Assembly: GCF_001194135.2 (NCBI RefSeq)
Contig: NC_068988.1
Location: 44,395,170 to 44,459,169 of the forward strand
Direction of reading: 5' to 3'
Length of the DNA stretch: 64,000 nt
Origin: Octopus bimaculoides
Taxonomy: Eukaryota
Shown: piece by piece, positions 25,522-37,321 of the stretch
Layout: every line of letters starts with the position of its first letter
How positions within the stretch are numbered: position 1 is the stretch's first letter
Notes under the pieces: model-generated
What the model saw: only the letters and a program-made list of their open reading frames with translations
The model's database searches: none
Told to the model about the DNA's origin: nothing
Made by a program: the position numbers and the translations under genes

Positions 25522-27499
25522 ACACGTATATTTTCATGCCATATTGCACCTCTTACATTTTCATATATCTTCCACCTTCCACTTCTTTTCCCTACCCTTA
25601 CCATCTTACATTCTGATATTCTCATCTTCCTCATCATTAAAAATTTTATATTCATATTCCCATGCCAACATGGAAATATAAATTTATGTGACAGCTATCC
25701 TCCTGTTGCTGCAGCTATCCTTCCTCCAACGTAGTAATCAGTTTATATAAAGCCAACAAAAAGGGGTGTTTAATAAAAGTTTTTCAACAATGAAGAGTTG
25801 CCCTATTTAATGCCATTGCTAAAATTGTCAACTAACTGTGAACCAGTATAGTCATTCATGTTCTCCTGTTTCTTCATATAGAATTTGAAGATGGCATAAA
25901 TTCTTTAGAGGTAGTTAGATTTCTGTCCTTAAGTCCAGTTTAATAACCTAGGCTGTTTACTTTCAAGACATTAATTCCATCAGCAGAATATCTCCTGATT
26001 ATCTTTAGTGAATGATATGATATTGCTTTCTTCATTGTAGGTAATACAGTGAATCAAACGTTGAGCAAAACTTCATAAATCATTCACTAAATTGTACGTA
26101 GCTGAGTCAGTCCTGCTGTAATGGTGTCCATTTCTTGGCTGGCATCCACCATTAATACATAAACTTACTGTGGTTACTTTGCTCCTCTGTCAAATTACTC
26201 GGATCTTAATCTAAGCATTCAACACGGTTTATCAGCGAATCTTTATCTTTATTACTGATTTCACAGATGAGTGCAAGTAGAAAATGTAGTTTTTGTTGTT
26301 GTTGTTGTTGTTGTTGTTACAATTACTGTTAGAGCGGTTGTCTAGCTCTAGTTAGCTCTGTAGAGCAGAGCTTTGGAATAGGCATAAACAGATCAAATTC
26401 CTTAGGAGAAATACACTGAATCAAGCTCTGGACATGTTATGCATTAGCTTTCTTGAGGACAACACTGTACACCTCTTCCTACTTTGATTGGTAATGCGGA
26501 AAATAACATTACATGGGACAGTTATGTACAGGGTACAGTTAAATAGTCTGATAAACCTGGGGTAAATGCAATAGAATAGCTAGGATATGTTCTGTTAGAT
26601 TTACTTAGGCTATCAGGATTTATGTGTGGTATAACAGTAAAGTTAAAGTAAGCAGTGCGTGAAAGTAGTAAACAGAGACTATTATTATTATTATTATTAT
26701 TTTCCAGTAATTTTATTTTTATTGAGTTGTGTGCTTTTACTGCATTACTGAGTGCAGCTATGAGCATCTTTGATGCATATGGTATTTTGTTTTGATTTTC
26801 TAGTTTTTAAAGTATTGACAATACTCTAATCAGCTACATATTGTTGTCAAGGGGACAAAAAAACAAAGTAACTCCTACTTGAAATATCATTCTCTAAAAA
26901 ATAAAAGTGGAAAATTAACCAAATATAGCATTGCTTATGGCCACTTTAATGTGACTGTCCTCTAAGAGATGATGACACTGCCATTTAACCCTAGGAAGAC
27001 ATTTCCTCAAACTGGTTTATTTAGTGTACTTCTTGCACCTGTTATTTATTGCAAGCAAGAGGTAACTCCTGCTACCCAGGCTTGAAGACCATCAGACTAT
27101 GTGGTTTTGATGTGTATGGGATCTCTTTGGTGGTAGGTACTCATTGCCAGGCATGGAAGCAATTTACCTCATGTCTAGACTGGGGCAGGAGGGTTAAAAG
27201 TAGAAACAGCCCCTATAAAAATTGGTGTCATGGAATTACTTTATAAAATCACTTCAAAAATCTACCTGCAGCAGAGGGATCACACATCAGTCTATGTAGG
27301 ATCCTTCAGTTCTTGGTTAAGTGGGCAAAAATGTTCATAGGGAGTTTTGGAGAACCCAATTCACAAATGGTGATTAGGGTGGAATGGGATCAGTTTTGTT
27401 GGGTGTTCTGGTCCTACCTAGGTGACAGCTTCTCACCTCTGCTTATTACAACATTTTTAATTATGTGTGTGTGTATGTGTGTGTGTGTGCATTTTTAAA

Positions 27500-27790
27500 C
27501 TTTTGTCTTTTACTTGTTTCAGTCCTTAGACTGTGGTCATGCTGGGGCACTACCTTGAGGAATTTTAGTCAAACTAAACGTCTCCTGTACTTATTTTCTT
27601 TTAAAGCACGGTACTTACCCTATTAGTCTATTTTGCTGAATCACTGAGCTACAGGAACATAAACACACCAACACCAGTTGTCAATTGGTGGTGGTGGTGG
27701 GGGATAAACACAGACACAAAGACATACACATCCATTTATACATACACATACATACATACATGTATGTGGGTGTATATATATGTATGTGCG
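27500..27790 (-). mobile_element. CORE-SINE 3' half
   Basis: Reverse complement of the family C tail through the internal microsatellite. Confidence 0.75.
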
Positions 27791-27794
27791 TGTG

Positions 27795-27955
27795 TATATA
27801 TAGTTGGAATTTACAAAAACAAAAAGAACAAAAGATGAAGACAGGTGTATAAACAACAAACAAATGTATTAGTTTAATGCTCGGGAAGGTGAGAAAGTCT
27901 TTTATGTTTCGAGCCTGTGCTCTTCAACAGAAAGGAACATGAAAAAATAAACAGA
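27795..27955 (-). mobile_element. PLE-type terminal-repeat fragment at a (TA)n tract
   Basis: Starts at (TA)n and contains a minimal hammerhead-like motif; a shorter related piece (ACAAAGACGAAGACAGGT) lies near 14550, also next to (TA)n. Confidence 0.5.
27899..27934 (-). ncRNA. Degenerate minimal type I hammerhead ribozyme motif
   Basis: Minus strand CUUU-CUGUUGA-A-GAGC(ACAG)GCUC-GAAA-CAUA-AAAG. Stem I CUUU/AAAG and stem II GAGC/GCUC pair perfectly; the core has A6U and a probable CpG-decay change in stem III. Confidence 0.45.
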
Positions 27956-28746
27956 AGCCGCCCTATCGGGTGGCTTTTAAGCTAGCTCCTGTGGAGGGCT
28001 TGTCATTGGGCCTTGGGCTCAGCAATGACACTTCATGCATTGAGTATGTATTAAATTTTATTAAACTTGACCAATATTTTTCAAGCAATGAACAATTTTC
28101 ACCAAAACAATGATATAATTTGTCAACTTGGAACTTATTGCAAAGCTGGATGATAAACAACATTTTTTGTCTTCTCATTTAGGCGTCAGTACAATTTTTT
28201 TTTCTGTCTAACCTCTTTCTTTCTTTCTCTCCCTCTTTCTGTTGATTGTTTTCAACCATCACCATCACCAGTACCACCACCATCGCCACAACAACTGCCA
28301 TACACACACCATTCAGACTTCTGACACTACCACATTTGGCTTCGCCTTTGATTTCGCCACCTTCCCCTCCACCACCATAATATCGCTTACTATCACCATT
28401 GTCCCTGACTGTTTCAGCTACAACTACGACCACTATCATCACCGTCACCTCCGCCTCCGCCTCTGCCTCTATCACAACTATGGCTCATACTATTACTATC
28501 ACAACTGTCAATCTACTACTATCTCTATGCCTACTATTACTCTCATCCCAACATGAGCAATAGTAGGAGTGGCAATGAATAGTAACAGTGGGGTTCGAAG
28601 TGTGACATACTGACACACAGAAATTAGTTTTCACATTTACTGTATTAGATAATTGTGTCAAGGACCTATAATCCTTTGAGGGATGCTGGCATCCTAGTTC
28701 TCTGGTTCATACCAGTGTTCAGTGAAAACCAAATATATTAGTTTTG

Positions 28747-29120
28747 CATGCTGGGGCACCACCTTGAACTTTTACTTGAATGTATTGACCCCAGTACTTA
28801 TTTTTTAAATCTGGTACTTATTCTGTTGGTCTCATTTGCTGAACTGCTAAGTTATGGAGACATAAACACACCTAGACTGGTCGTCAAGCAATGGTAAGGT
28901 AACAAACACAAAGACAAAGACACACACACACATATAGATATACATATATACATATATATGATAGGCTTCTTTCAGTTTCTGTCTATCAAATCCACCCACA
29001 AGGCTTTGGTTCGTCTGAGGCTATAGTAGAAGACACTTGCCCAAGGTGCCACATGGTAAGACTGAACCCCGAACCATGTGATTGGAAAGCAAACTTCTTA
29101 TCATGCAGTCATTCCTGCAC
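28747..29120 (-). mobile_element. CORE-SINE (family C), near full length
   Basis: Collinear reverse complement of tail, microsatellite, CORE and head. Confidence 0.8.
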
Positions 29121-29254
29121 CTTTATGATCATGAATTGTGTTAACAATCAAACAGTTTTAGAAATACAGTTCTATATTTAAGAGATGAGGAATTATTTAC
29201 ATTATTTACATTATTTACATTTGACGAATATTTGTCCTCATTTTGTTTGTTGTT

Positions 29255-29300
29255 AACACAACGTTTCGGCTGATATGCCCTCCAGCCTTCATCAGGCATC
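29255..29300 (-). ncRNA. Minimal type I hammerhead ribozyme motif (left arm)
   Basis: Minus strand GAUGC-CUGAUGA-A-GGCUG(GAGGGCAUAU)CAGCC-GAAA-CGUU-GUGUU: intact core, 5-bp stem II, palindromic AACGUU stem III, stem I with G.U wobbles. Confidence 0.6.
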
Positions 29301-29376
29301 TGGGGAAATTTCGAACCTGCAATGAGAACCTTAGGAATAACTTAGGAATGAGAAACCAGGTTCAAAATTTCCCCAA

Positions 29377-29422
29377 GACCCCTGATGAAGGCTGGAGGGT
29401 ATATCAGCCGAAATGTTGTGTT
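29377..29422 (+). ncRNA. Minimal type I hammerhead ribozyme motif (right arm)
   Basis: GACCC-CUGAUGA-A-GGCUG(GAGGGUAUAU)CAGCC-GAAA-UGUU-GUGUU; one stem I mismatch and C>U in stem III. Confidence 0.5.
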
Positions 29423-29799
29423 AACAACAAACAAGGGGAGGACAAATATCCATCAAATGTAAATAATGTAAATAAGTTTTAGAAAGTTCAGAAACTTGTG
29501 ATCCTTAAAATGATGATGTTTATATCTGATAGAATAATAACAATGTTGGGTAGAATTATTGGTGTTGTAGTAAGATCGAAACAGGACATTCTGCACTTAG
29601 TTCAGCAACAATGTCTGGAAACCATGAAGATCTGGAAAGAAGTTCAATTAATAAGAGACATTGAAACTTTGTTGAGAGCAATCAATATAGTGTATTCTTG
29701 ATCTACACTTAAAAAATACAAACTTAAAAAAATTGTAGAGGCCTTTACCAGAAATAAAGTTATTGCTTTCAGACCAGTGAATGAAGTTAGATGGTTACT

Positions 29800-30060
29800 G
29801 AGACATTTTACACAGCAAAAAAAGACAAAAAATCTTACAAAAAAAAAAAAGCTCTGAGGAACTCATCACCTACTTTAAAGAAAATAAATGGTTGAATATT
29901 ATCAAAAGAAAATTATAAACATCACATGAAAAGTAGCTCTGCAGGTTTTAACTGTCTTTGAAGAACTGACTATGCTGTGCATGATTCTACAGAAGCAGTA
30001 AATAGAAGACAATATTTCATGGAGTGACAAAGTTAGAGTTTTGTTAAACTTCACTGCACG
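29800..30060 (+). mobile_element. Possible decayed hAT transposase C-terminal (dimerisation) fragment
   Basis: Broken motifs EELI..STLK..WLNI.KENY..VALQVLTVF resemble Buster/Charlie-type C-termini; heavily frameshifted. Confidence 0.3.
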
Positions 30061-30758
30061 AAGAAAACATGACAGTTGATATAAGTTTACTATTGACTAT
30101 TATAAACTGTCTTTGNNNNNNNNNNNNNNNNNNNNNNNNNNNNNNNNNNNNNNNNNNNNNNNNNNNNNNNNNNNNNNNNNNNNNNNNNNNNNNNNNNNNN
30201 NNNNNNNNNNNNNNNNNNNNNNNNNNNNNNNNNNNNNNNNNNNNNNNNNNNNNNNNNNNNNNNNNNNNNNNNNNNNNNNNNNNNNNNNNNNNNNNNNNNN
30301 NNNNNNNNNNNNNNNNNNNNNNNNNNNNNNNNNNNNNNNNNNNNNNNNNNNNNNNNNNNNNNNNNNNNNNNNNNNNNNNNNNNNNNNNNNNNNNNNNNNN
30401 NNNNNNNNNNNNNNNNNNNNNNNNNNNNNNNNNNNNNNNNNNNNNNNNNNNNNNNNNNNNNNNNNNNNNNNNNNNNNNNNNNNNNNNNNNNNNNNNNNNN
30501 NNNNNNNNNNNNNNNNNNNNNNNNNNNNNNNNNNNNNNNNNNNNNNNNNNNNNNNNNNNNATATTTAAAAAAAAACAAAGAATGAATAAATGGGTAAATA
30601 CCAAAGAAAGAAGAAAGAAAGCAATTGTTCAGTGACTTAAATATACAAAACATTCTGCACAGTTTTATGTAAAATATTTTGTAAAGTTACATCAATTGTG
30701 CAACATGTAAGGATTTCTGGATAGTTTGACTACTAGATTTGTAAATAAATAAGATTTA

Positions 30759-31103
30759 ATGGAGAAACTTTCAAAATACAAAGATCTGGAAATAGAAGTA
30801 ACTCGAATGTGGATTCTAAAAACAGAAACAATTCCTATAATAGTAGGTGCATTAAGTACAGTAAAAAAAAAAAAAACATACAGACAAATACATAACCAAA
30901 ACATTAGGACTTACAACTGTATATAACATACAGAAAATAGCACTATTAGGCACCATGCACATCCTATGTAAAGCACTTTCAATACAGTGAAAATAAGAGC
31001 ATCACAACAAACCACAGTGCATACCAAAGGCACACAGAGTTGTGCTCAGTAGTGCAGTGAACACACAGGATAAAAATTAAACTATTGAATAATAATAATA
31101 ATC

Positions 31104-31140
<37 letters not shown>
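30759..31140 (+). mobile_element. R4/Dong-clade LINE 3' end (REL endonuclease) with (AAT)n tail
   Basis: MEKLSKYKDLEIEVTRMWILKTETIPIIVGALS / NIQKIALLGTMHILCKALSIQ*, followed by a 3' UTR and (AAT)n at about 31088-31140. Confidence 0.85.
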
Positions 31141-31362
31141 TAATCCTTTCTACTAAGGGCACAAGGCCTGAAATTTTTTTGGTGGGGTCAGGGACTAGTT
31201 TATTACATCAGTGCCAATGTTTCACTGGTACTCAATTTATTGACCCCAAAAGGATGAAAGGCAAAGTTGACCTTTGTGGAATTTGAACTTAGAACATAAA
31301 GACGGATGAAATGTCACTAAGCATTTTGCTCGGTGTCCTAATGGTTTTACCAGCTTGCCACC
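31141..31362 (-). mobile_element. Family B (Meta-like) SINE
   Basis: Reverse complement of the family B consensus, full length. Confidence 0.75.
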
Positions 31363-31458
31363 TTAACAACAACAACAACAACAACAACAACAATAATAAT
31401 AGTAGTAGTAGTAGTAGTAGTTGTAGTAGTTGTAGTAGTAGTAGTAGTAATGATGATG

Positions 31459-31497
<39 letters not shown>

Positions 31498-31513
31498 GAT
31501 GATAACAATGATA

Positions 31514-31884
31514 TTAAAGGCAGAAACATAGAGATTGACCCTTGCTTCATTAGATCAATGTTTGGCCACAAACAACCATAAAACAAAATCACGATAATGG
31601 TATTTGACATCAAATGCAGGATATGCAACCAGCACCGTGAGATAGTTGACCACATCGTCTCTGTTTGGCCAGTCTTTGACAGATCTGAATAAATACACAT
31701 GGGCCTGGTTGTGTTGGCAGCTATATCCACTGGGCAATATGCTGACGCTTCAATGTATTTCAAAGAAATAGGAAGTGGTCCAAGTATGTTCCAGACATGA
31801 TACATGATAACTACCTGGCCACAATAACCTGGGATATGCTCATCCAAACTGACTTAGAGATCAAGGCAAACAGTCCAGACATAA
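31514..31884 (+). mobile_element. R4/Dong-clade LINE fragment (zinc knuckle and start of REL)
   Basis: LKAET..LASLDQCLATN, KCRICNQHREIVDHIVSVW (CX2CX8HX4C-like), TITWDMLIQTDLEIKANSPDI; begins right after (AAT)n. Confidence 0.8.
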
Positions 31885-31891
31885 AAGACTA

Positions 31892-32098
31892 CTCTTACAC
31901 TTTTACTTGTTTCAGTCATTTGACTGCAGCCATGCTGGAGCACCGCCTTTAGTCAAGCAAATCGACTCCGGGACTTATTCTTTGTAAGTTTAGTACTTAT
32001 TCTATCAGTCTCTTTTGCCAAACCACTAAGTGACGGGGACATAAACATACCAGCATCGGTTGTCAAGCAATGTTAGGGGGACAAACACAGACACACAT

Positions 32099-32135
<37 letters not shown>

Positions 32136-32438
32136 CATATATACGATGGGCTTCATCNNNNNNNNNNNNNNNNNNNNNNNNNNNNNNNNNNNNNNNNNNN
32201 NNNNNNNNNNNNNNNNNNNNNNNNNNNNNNNNNNNNNNNNNNNNNNNNNNNNNNNNNNNNNNNNNNNNNNNNNNNNNNNNNNNNNNNNNNNNNNNNNNNN
32301 NNNNNNNNNNNNNNNNNNNNNNNNNNNNNNNNNNNNNNNNNNNNNNNNNNNNNNNNNNNNNNNNNNNNNNNNNNNNNNNNNNNNNNNNNCCAGCATCGGT
32401 TGTCAAGCAATGTTAGGGGGACAAACACAGACACACAT

Positions 32439-32475
<37 letters not shown>

Positions 32476-32637
32476 CATATATACGATGGGCTTCATCCAG
32501 TTTCCTTCAACCAAATCCACTCACAAGGCTTTGGTCGGCCTGAGGCTATAGTAGAATACACTTGTCCAAGATGCCACACAGTGGGACTGAACCTGGAACC
32601 ATGCGGTTGGTAAGCAAGCTACTTACTACACAGCCAC
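31892..32637 (-). mobile_element. CORE-SINE with an N-gap and 108 bp duplicated across the gap
   Basis: Family C tail and head are collinear; 32050-32157 is identical to 32390-32497. Confidence 0.8.
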
Positions 32638-33056
32638 TAAGACATTGCAATCCCTTCTGATGAAAATATTGACCAGGAAGAGATGGAGAAACTTTAAAAA
32701 TACAAGAACCTTGGAATTGAAGAACAACAACGATACTTGTGATTATCAGAGCTTTGAGTACAATACCAAAAAGCTGCATAGCATTTGTTTTGACTTTCTG
32801 GCTCATGATGTTCTAAGTTCAAACCCCACTAAGATCAACTTTGCCTTTCATCCTTCTTAGGTTGCTAAAATAAAGTACAACCACTTTCTCCAAATTTTTG
32901 GTTGTGTCTCTTTTTTAGACATTGATTATTTATTTCAACATTGCATGAGACAAAAATAAGTATTACTCATTGGTATTTTATTTAAAGGGACAGTAAACTA
33001 AACAGAGTAGTTAAAAAAATAGGAGAAAATACAAGTTTAGAAGGCAATCATACTTG

Positions 33057-33270
33057 TATCACGAGGAGTTTCTGGCTTTGGGTAAAAGGAAATACAGGAG
33101 GATCAGTTAATTCTGATTTTATTCAACATATTTCCCCCTCGGATTCACACACTTATTGCAGCAGTCCTTTAGTTTTTCTAAGCCCTGTGAAAGAACCTGG
33201 AAAGTTGGGCTTCCAGCCAGACTTTTCACGATACCCTTAAATCCAGGAACTTTCCAGCACCCACCTCATA
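33057..33270. mobile_element. mariner-derived MITE
   Basis: Imperfect TIRs (ACGAGG..AGTTTCTGGCTT / ATCCAGGAACTTT..CACCTCATA). Minus strand encodes GLEKLKDCCNKCVNPRGKYVE*, resembling the mariner C-terminus. Confidence 0.55.
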
Positions 33271-33272
33271 TA

Positions 33273-34620
33273 TTAATTTCAAATTTTGGCACAAAGCCAG
33301 TAATATTGCGTGTGGGGGTAATTCAATTACATTGATTCCAGTACTCGACTGATACTTATTTTATCGACCATGAAAGGATGAAAGGTAAAGGTGACCTTGG
33401 CAGAATTTGAACTCAGAATGTAAAGATAGATGAAATACCACAAAGCATTTTGTCCAGTGTGCTAATGCTTGTATTATATTAAAACANNNNNNNNNNNNNN
33501 NNNNNNNNNNNNNNNNNNNNNNNNNNNNNNNNNNNNNNNNNNNNNNNNNNNNNNNNNNNNNNNNNNNNNNNNNNNNNNNNNNNNNNNNNNNNNNNNNNNN
33601 NNNNNNNNNNNNNNNNNNNNNNNNNNNNNNNNNNNNNNNNNNNNNNNNNNNNNNNNNNNNNNNNNNNNNNNNNNNNNNNNNNNNNNNNNNNNNNNNNNNN
33701 NNNNNNNNNNNNNNNNNNNNNNNNNNNNNNNNNNNNNNNNNNNNNNNNNNNNNNNNNNNNNNNNNNNNNNNNNNNNNNNNNNNNNNNNNNNNNNNNNNNN
33801 NNNNNNNNNNNNNNNNNNNNNNNNNNNNNNNNNNNNNNNNNNNNNNNNNNNNNNNNNNNNNNNNNNNNNNNNNNNNNNNNNNNNNNNNNNNNNNNNNNNN
33901 NNNNNNNNNNNNNNNNNNNNNNNNNNNNNNNNNNNNNNNNNNNNNNNNNNNNNNNNNNNNNNNNNNNNNNNNNNNNNNNNNNNNNNNNNNNNNNNNNNNN
34001 NNNNNNNNNNNTCTGAGTTCAAATTCCGCTGAGGTCGACTTTGCCTTTCATCCTTTCAGGGTCGATTAAATAAGTACCAGTTATGCATTGGGATCGATAT
34101 AATTGACTTAATCCATTTGTCTGTCCTTGTTTGTCCCCTCTGTGTGTAGCCCCTTGTGGGCACTAAAGAAATAAGAAACATTAGCATGCTGGGAGAAATG
34201 CTTAGTGGCATTTTGTCTGTCTTTATGTTCTGAGTTCAAATTCTGCCGAGGTCGACTTTGCCTTTCATCCTTTTGGGGTCGATAAATTAAGTACCAGTTG
34301 CATACTAGGGTTGATCTAATTGACTGGTCCTCTCTCCAGAAAACTTTGGGCCTTGTGCCTAGAGTAGAAAAGAATATATTTGTCACAGGAAAACAGTTTG
34401 TACAGCATAAGAATTTTGCATACACTGTCTACTAAAAATTACCTTGTTCTATTTTTGTCTCATTATATCCTCAACTCATGTTCCACTGAGATTGACTTTG
34501 CCTAGAGTCATTTCAGGGTTGATAAGATAAGTACCAGTTGAACACTGGAATTGATGTAATCAACTTAAACCCACTCTTCTAAAATTGCTGGCTTTGTGCC
34601 AAAATTTTAAAATTATTATC
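33273..34620. mobile_element. Cluster of family B SINEs: minus 33273-33470; plus 34012-34170, 34183-34377, 34470-34620
   Basis: Repeated Meta-like cores on both strands around an N-gap. Confidence 0.75.
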
Positions 34621-34769
34621 TTTATTCAGAAGTCTTATCTTTATCATATGCTTTCACTGTAATACCAAGCATGGTTTTTTGTGCTTTGAGTATGTGCTGT
34701 GATTTGTTGTGATGCTCATATTTTTACTGTATTGAAAGTGTTTTACATAGGATGTGTGCAGTGCCTAGT

Positions 34770-34990
34770 AGTGCTATTTTATTATTATTATTATTATCAT
34801 CATTATTATTATTATTGAGTGAGAGAGCAGTGCATGCCATCAAAGTGACACTGGGGTACAAATATATGGAACTCAATATACCCATCATGACTACCCATCT
34901 AATAAGAACACACCATATGGTAGTACGACTTCACCCACTGCAGCTGGTTGGCAGACTGATGCCCGAGGGTCACATCAAATGGTTTCTAAC
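34770..34990 (-). mobile_element. Interspersed repeat 3' end with (AAT)n tail
   Basis: Minus strand ...CCCCAGTGTCACTTTGATGGCATGCACTGCTCTCTCACTC(AAT)n; SINE/LINE-like tail, family not assigned. Confidence 0.45.
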
Positions 34991-36503
34991 GGTACCTCCT
35001 TGTACTTTTGGGTACCTCCGTGTACTTCCTTAAAAAGTAAGGACACATTGGAAAGTATAGTTTCAGATATACTTTAGTTGAATAAAAACTGGAATAGTCA
35101 TGGATTTGATCATAGGCCTGTATGAGCAGAGCTACAGAAAAATAGCAGACTGAAGTATTTGAAAGGGAAATTGTAAACCAGTGATATATTTTTTACCATG
35201 TTGATGAAATACAGCTCATCTTAGATATTGACCATCTAAGTGTGTGCATATGTATATGAATGTGATAGTGTGCATGCTTATGCATGTGTGCCTATATGAG
35301 TATATGATTGCTTTTGAGTGCATGTATGTGCCTGTGTGTGTACGTATATATAAACACTTTAGACAAATATATAACAAATTCCTTATAATCTAATTCCATG
35401 TTGCAATTTTAATTTTTGATCGAAGGCATTTCTTTTCCATTAAGTCACTGATGCTCTCTAGGAAAGATATACATCATAATTAATGTTCCCCTCACTTTCT
35501 CTCTCTTCCCCCTCTCCCCCTCTCTCTCCCTGCTCTCTCCCCGCTCTCCCCCTCTTTCTCCCCCTCTCNNNNNNNNNNNNNNNNNNNNNNNNNNNNNNNN
35601 NNNNNNNNNNNNNNNNNNNNNNNNNNNNNNNNNNNNNNNNNNNNNNNNNNNNNNNNNNNNNNNNNNNNNNNNNNNNNNNNNNNNNNNNNNNNNNNNNNNN
35701 NNNNNNNNNNNNNNNNNNNNNNNNNNNNNNNNNNNNNNNNNNNNNNNNNNNNNNNNNNNNNNNNNNNNNNNNNNNNNNNNNNNNNNNNNNNNNNNNNNNN
35801 NNNNNNNNNNNNNNNNNNNNNNNNNNNNNNNNNNNNNNNNNNNNNNNNNNNNNNNNNNNNNNNNNNNNNNNNNNNNNNNNNNNNNNNNNNNNNNNNNNNN
35901 NNNNNNNNNNNNNNNNNNNNNNNNNNNNNNNNNNNNNNNNNNNNNNNNNNNNNNNNNNNNNNNNNNNNNNNNNNNNNNNNNNNNNNNNNNNNNNNNNNNN
36001 NNNNNNNNNNNNNNNNNNNNNNNNNNNNNNNNNNNNNNNNNNNNNNNNNNNNNNNNNNNNNNNNNNNNNNNNNNNNNNNNNNNNNNNNNNNNNNNNNNNN
36101 NNNNNNNNNNNNNNNNNNNNNNNNNNNNNNNNNNNNNNNNNNNNNNNNNNNNNNNNNNNNNNNNNNNNNNNNNNNNNNNNNNNNNNNNNNNNNNNNNNNN
36201 NNNNNNNNNNNNNNNNNNNNNNNNNNNNNNNNNNNNNNNNNNNNNNNNNNNNNNNNNNNNNNNNNNNNNNNNNNNNNNNNNNNNNNNNNNNNNNNNNNNN
36301 NNNNNNNNNNNNNNNNNNNNNNNNNNNNNNNNNNNNNNNNNNNNNNNNNNNNNNNNNNNNNNNNNNNNNNNNNNNNNNNNNNNNNNNNNNNNNNNNNNNN
36401 NNNNNNNNNNNNNNNNNNNNNNNNNNNNNNNNNNNNNNNNNNNNNNNNNNNNNNNNNNNNNNNNNNNNNNNNNNNNNNNNNNNNNNNNNNNNNNNNNNNN
36501 NNN

Positions 36504-36582
<79 letters not shown>

Positions 36583-36830
36583 CAGCGAGACAGAGAGGGA
36601 GAGAGGGAGAAAAAGAGGGAGAAAAGAGAGAGAGAGAGAGATAATTGTTATGCAATCAAACGAACAAGCAAAGTGATGTTCTTAAAATTGTTGCTTGAAC
36701 CGTGTTTATCCAACGTACAATGTCTGTTTAGGTAATGTTCTGTTTAAATAATGTACATGGCCATAAGTTAAAAACCTTACTACCAACCATTGTGTTATAT
36801 GTTATAATTCTGAGCTAAAACCTGTCTGAA

Positions 36831-36860
36831 TTGTCACTGTTTATCAGAAATCTGTGTATA

Positions 36861-36929
<69 letters not shown>

Positions 36930-37113
36930 GCTACTGCTACTGCTGCTGCTGCTATTACTACTGTAGTAGTATTCACTCTTTATTGTCACTGTTTATCAGA
37001 AATCTGTGTATAACTACTACTACTACTACTGCTACTGCTACTGCTGCTACTGCTATTACTACTGTAGTAGTATTCACTCTTTATTGTCACTGTTTATCAG
37101 AAATCTGTGTATA

Positions 37114-37176
<63 letters not shown>

Positions 37177-37179
37177 GCT

Positions 37180-37210
<31 letters not shown>

Positions 37211-37220
37211 CGACTATTAC
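36831..37220. repeat. Three tandem copies of a unit carrying a variable (CTA/CTG)n tract
   Basis: TTGTCACTGTTTATCAGAAATCTGTGTATAA starts at 36831, about 36983 and 37084. Confidence 0.9.
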
Positions 37221-37321
37221 TACATCATCATCGTTGTCGTCATCATCGTCATCATCATCATTATCATCATCGTCATCATCATCATCATTGTGATGATGAT
37301 GATCATGGAAATGATGACCAT

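Larger units (their letters stand above)
29168..29475. mobile_element. Foldback (inverted dimer) element, probably PLE terminal-repeat-derived
   Basis: Arms 29202-29319 and 29357-29475 are about 90% reverse-complementary (about 10 mismatches and 1 indel by eye), with a 37-bp spacer. Each arm carries a hammerhead motif. Confidence 0.8.

Noticed and set aside
27982-28043. Possible exon LAPVEGLSLGLGLSNDTSCI
   Set aside because: The acceptor is weak and directly adjoins a mobile-element end; no protein is recognised.
28179-28556. His/Thr-rich ORFs on both strands
   Set aside because: This is decayed (CAC/CAT/TAC)n low-complexity sequence.
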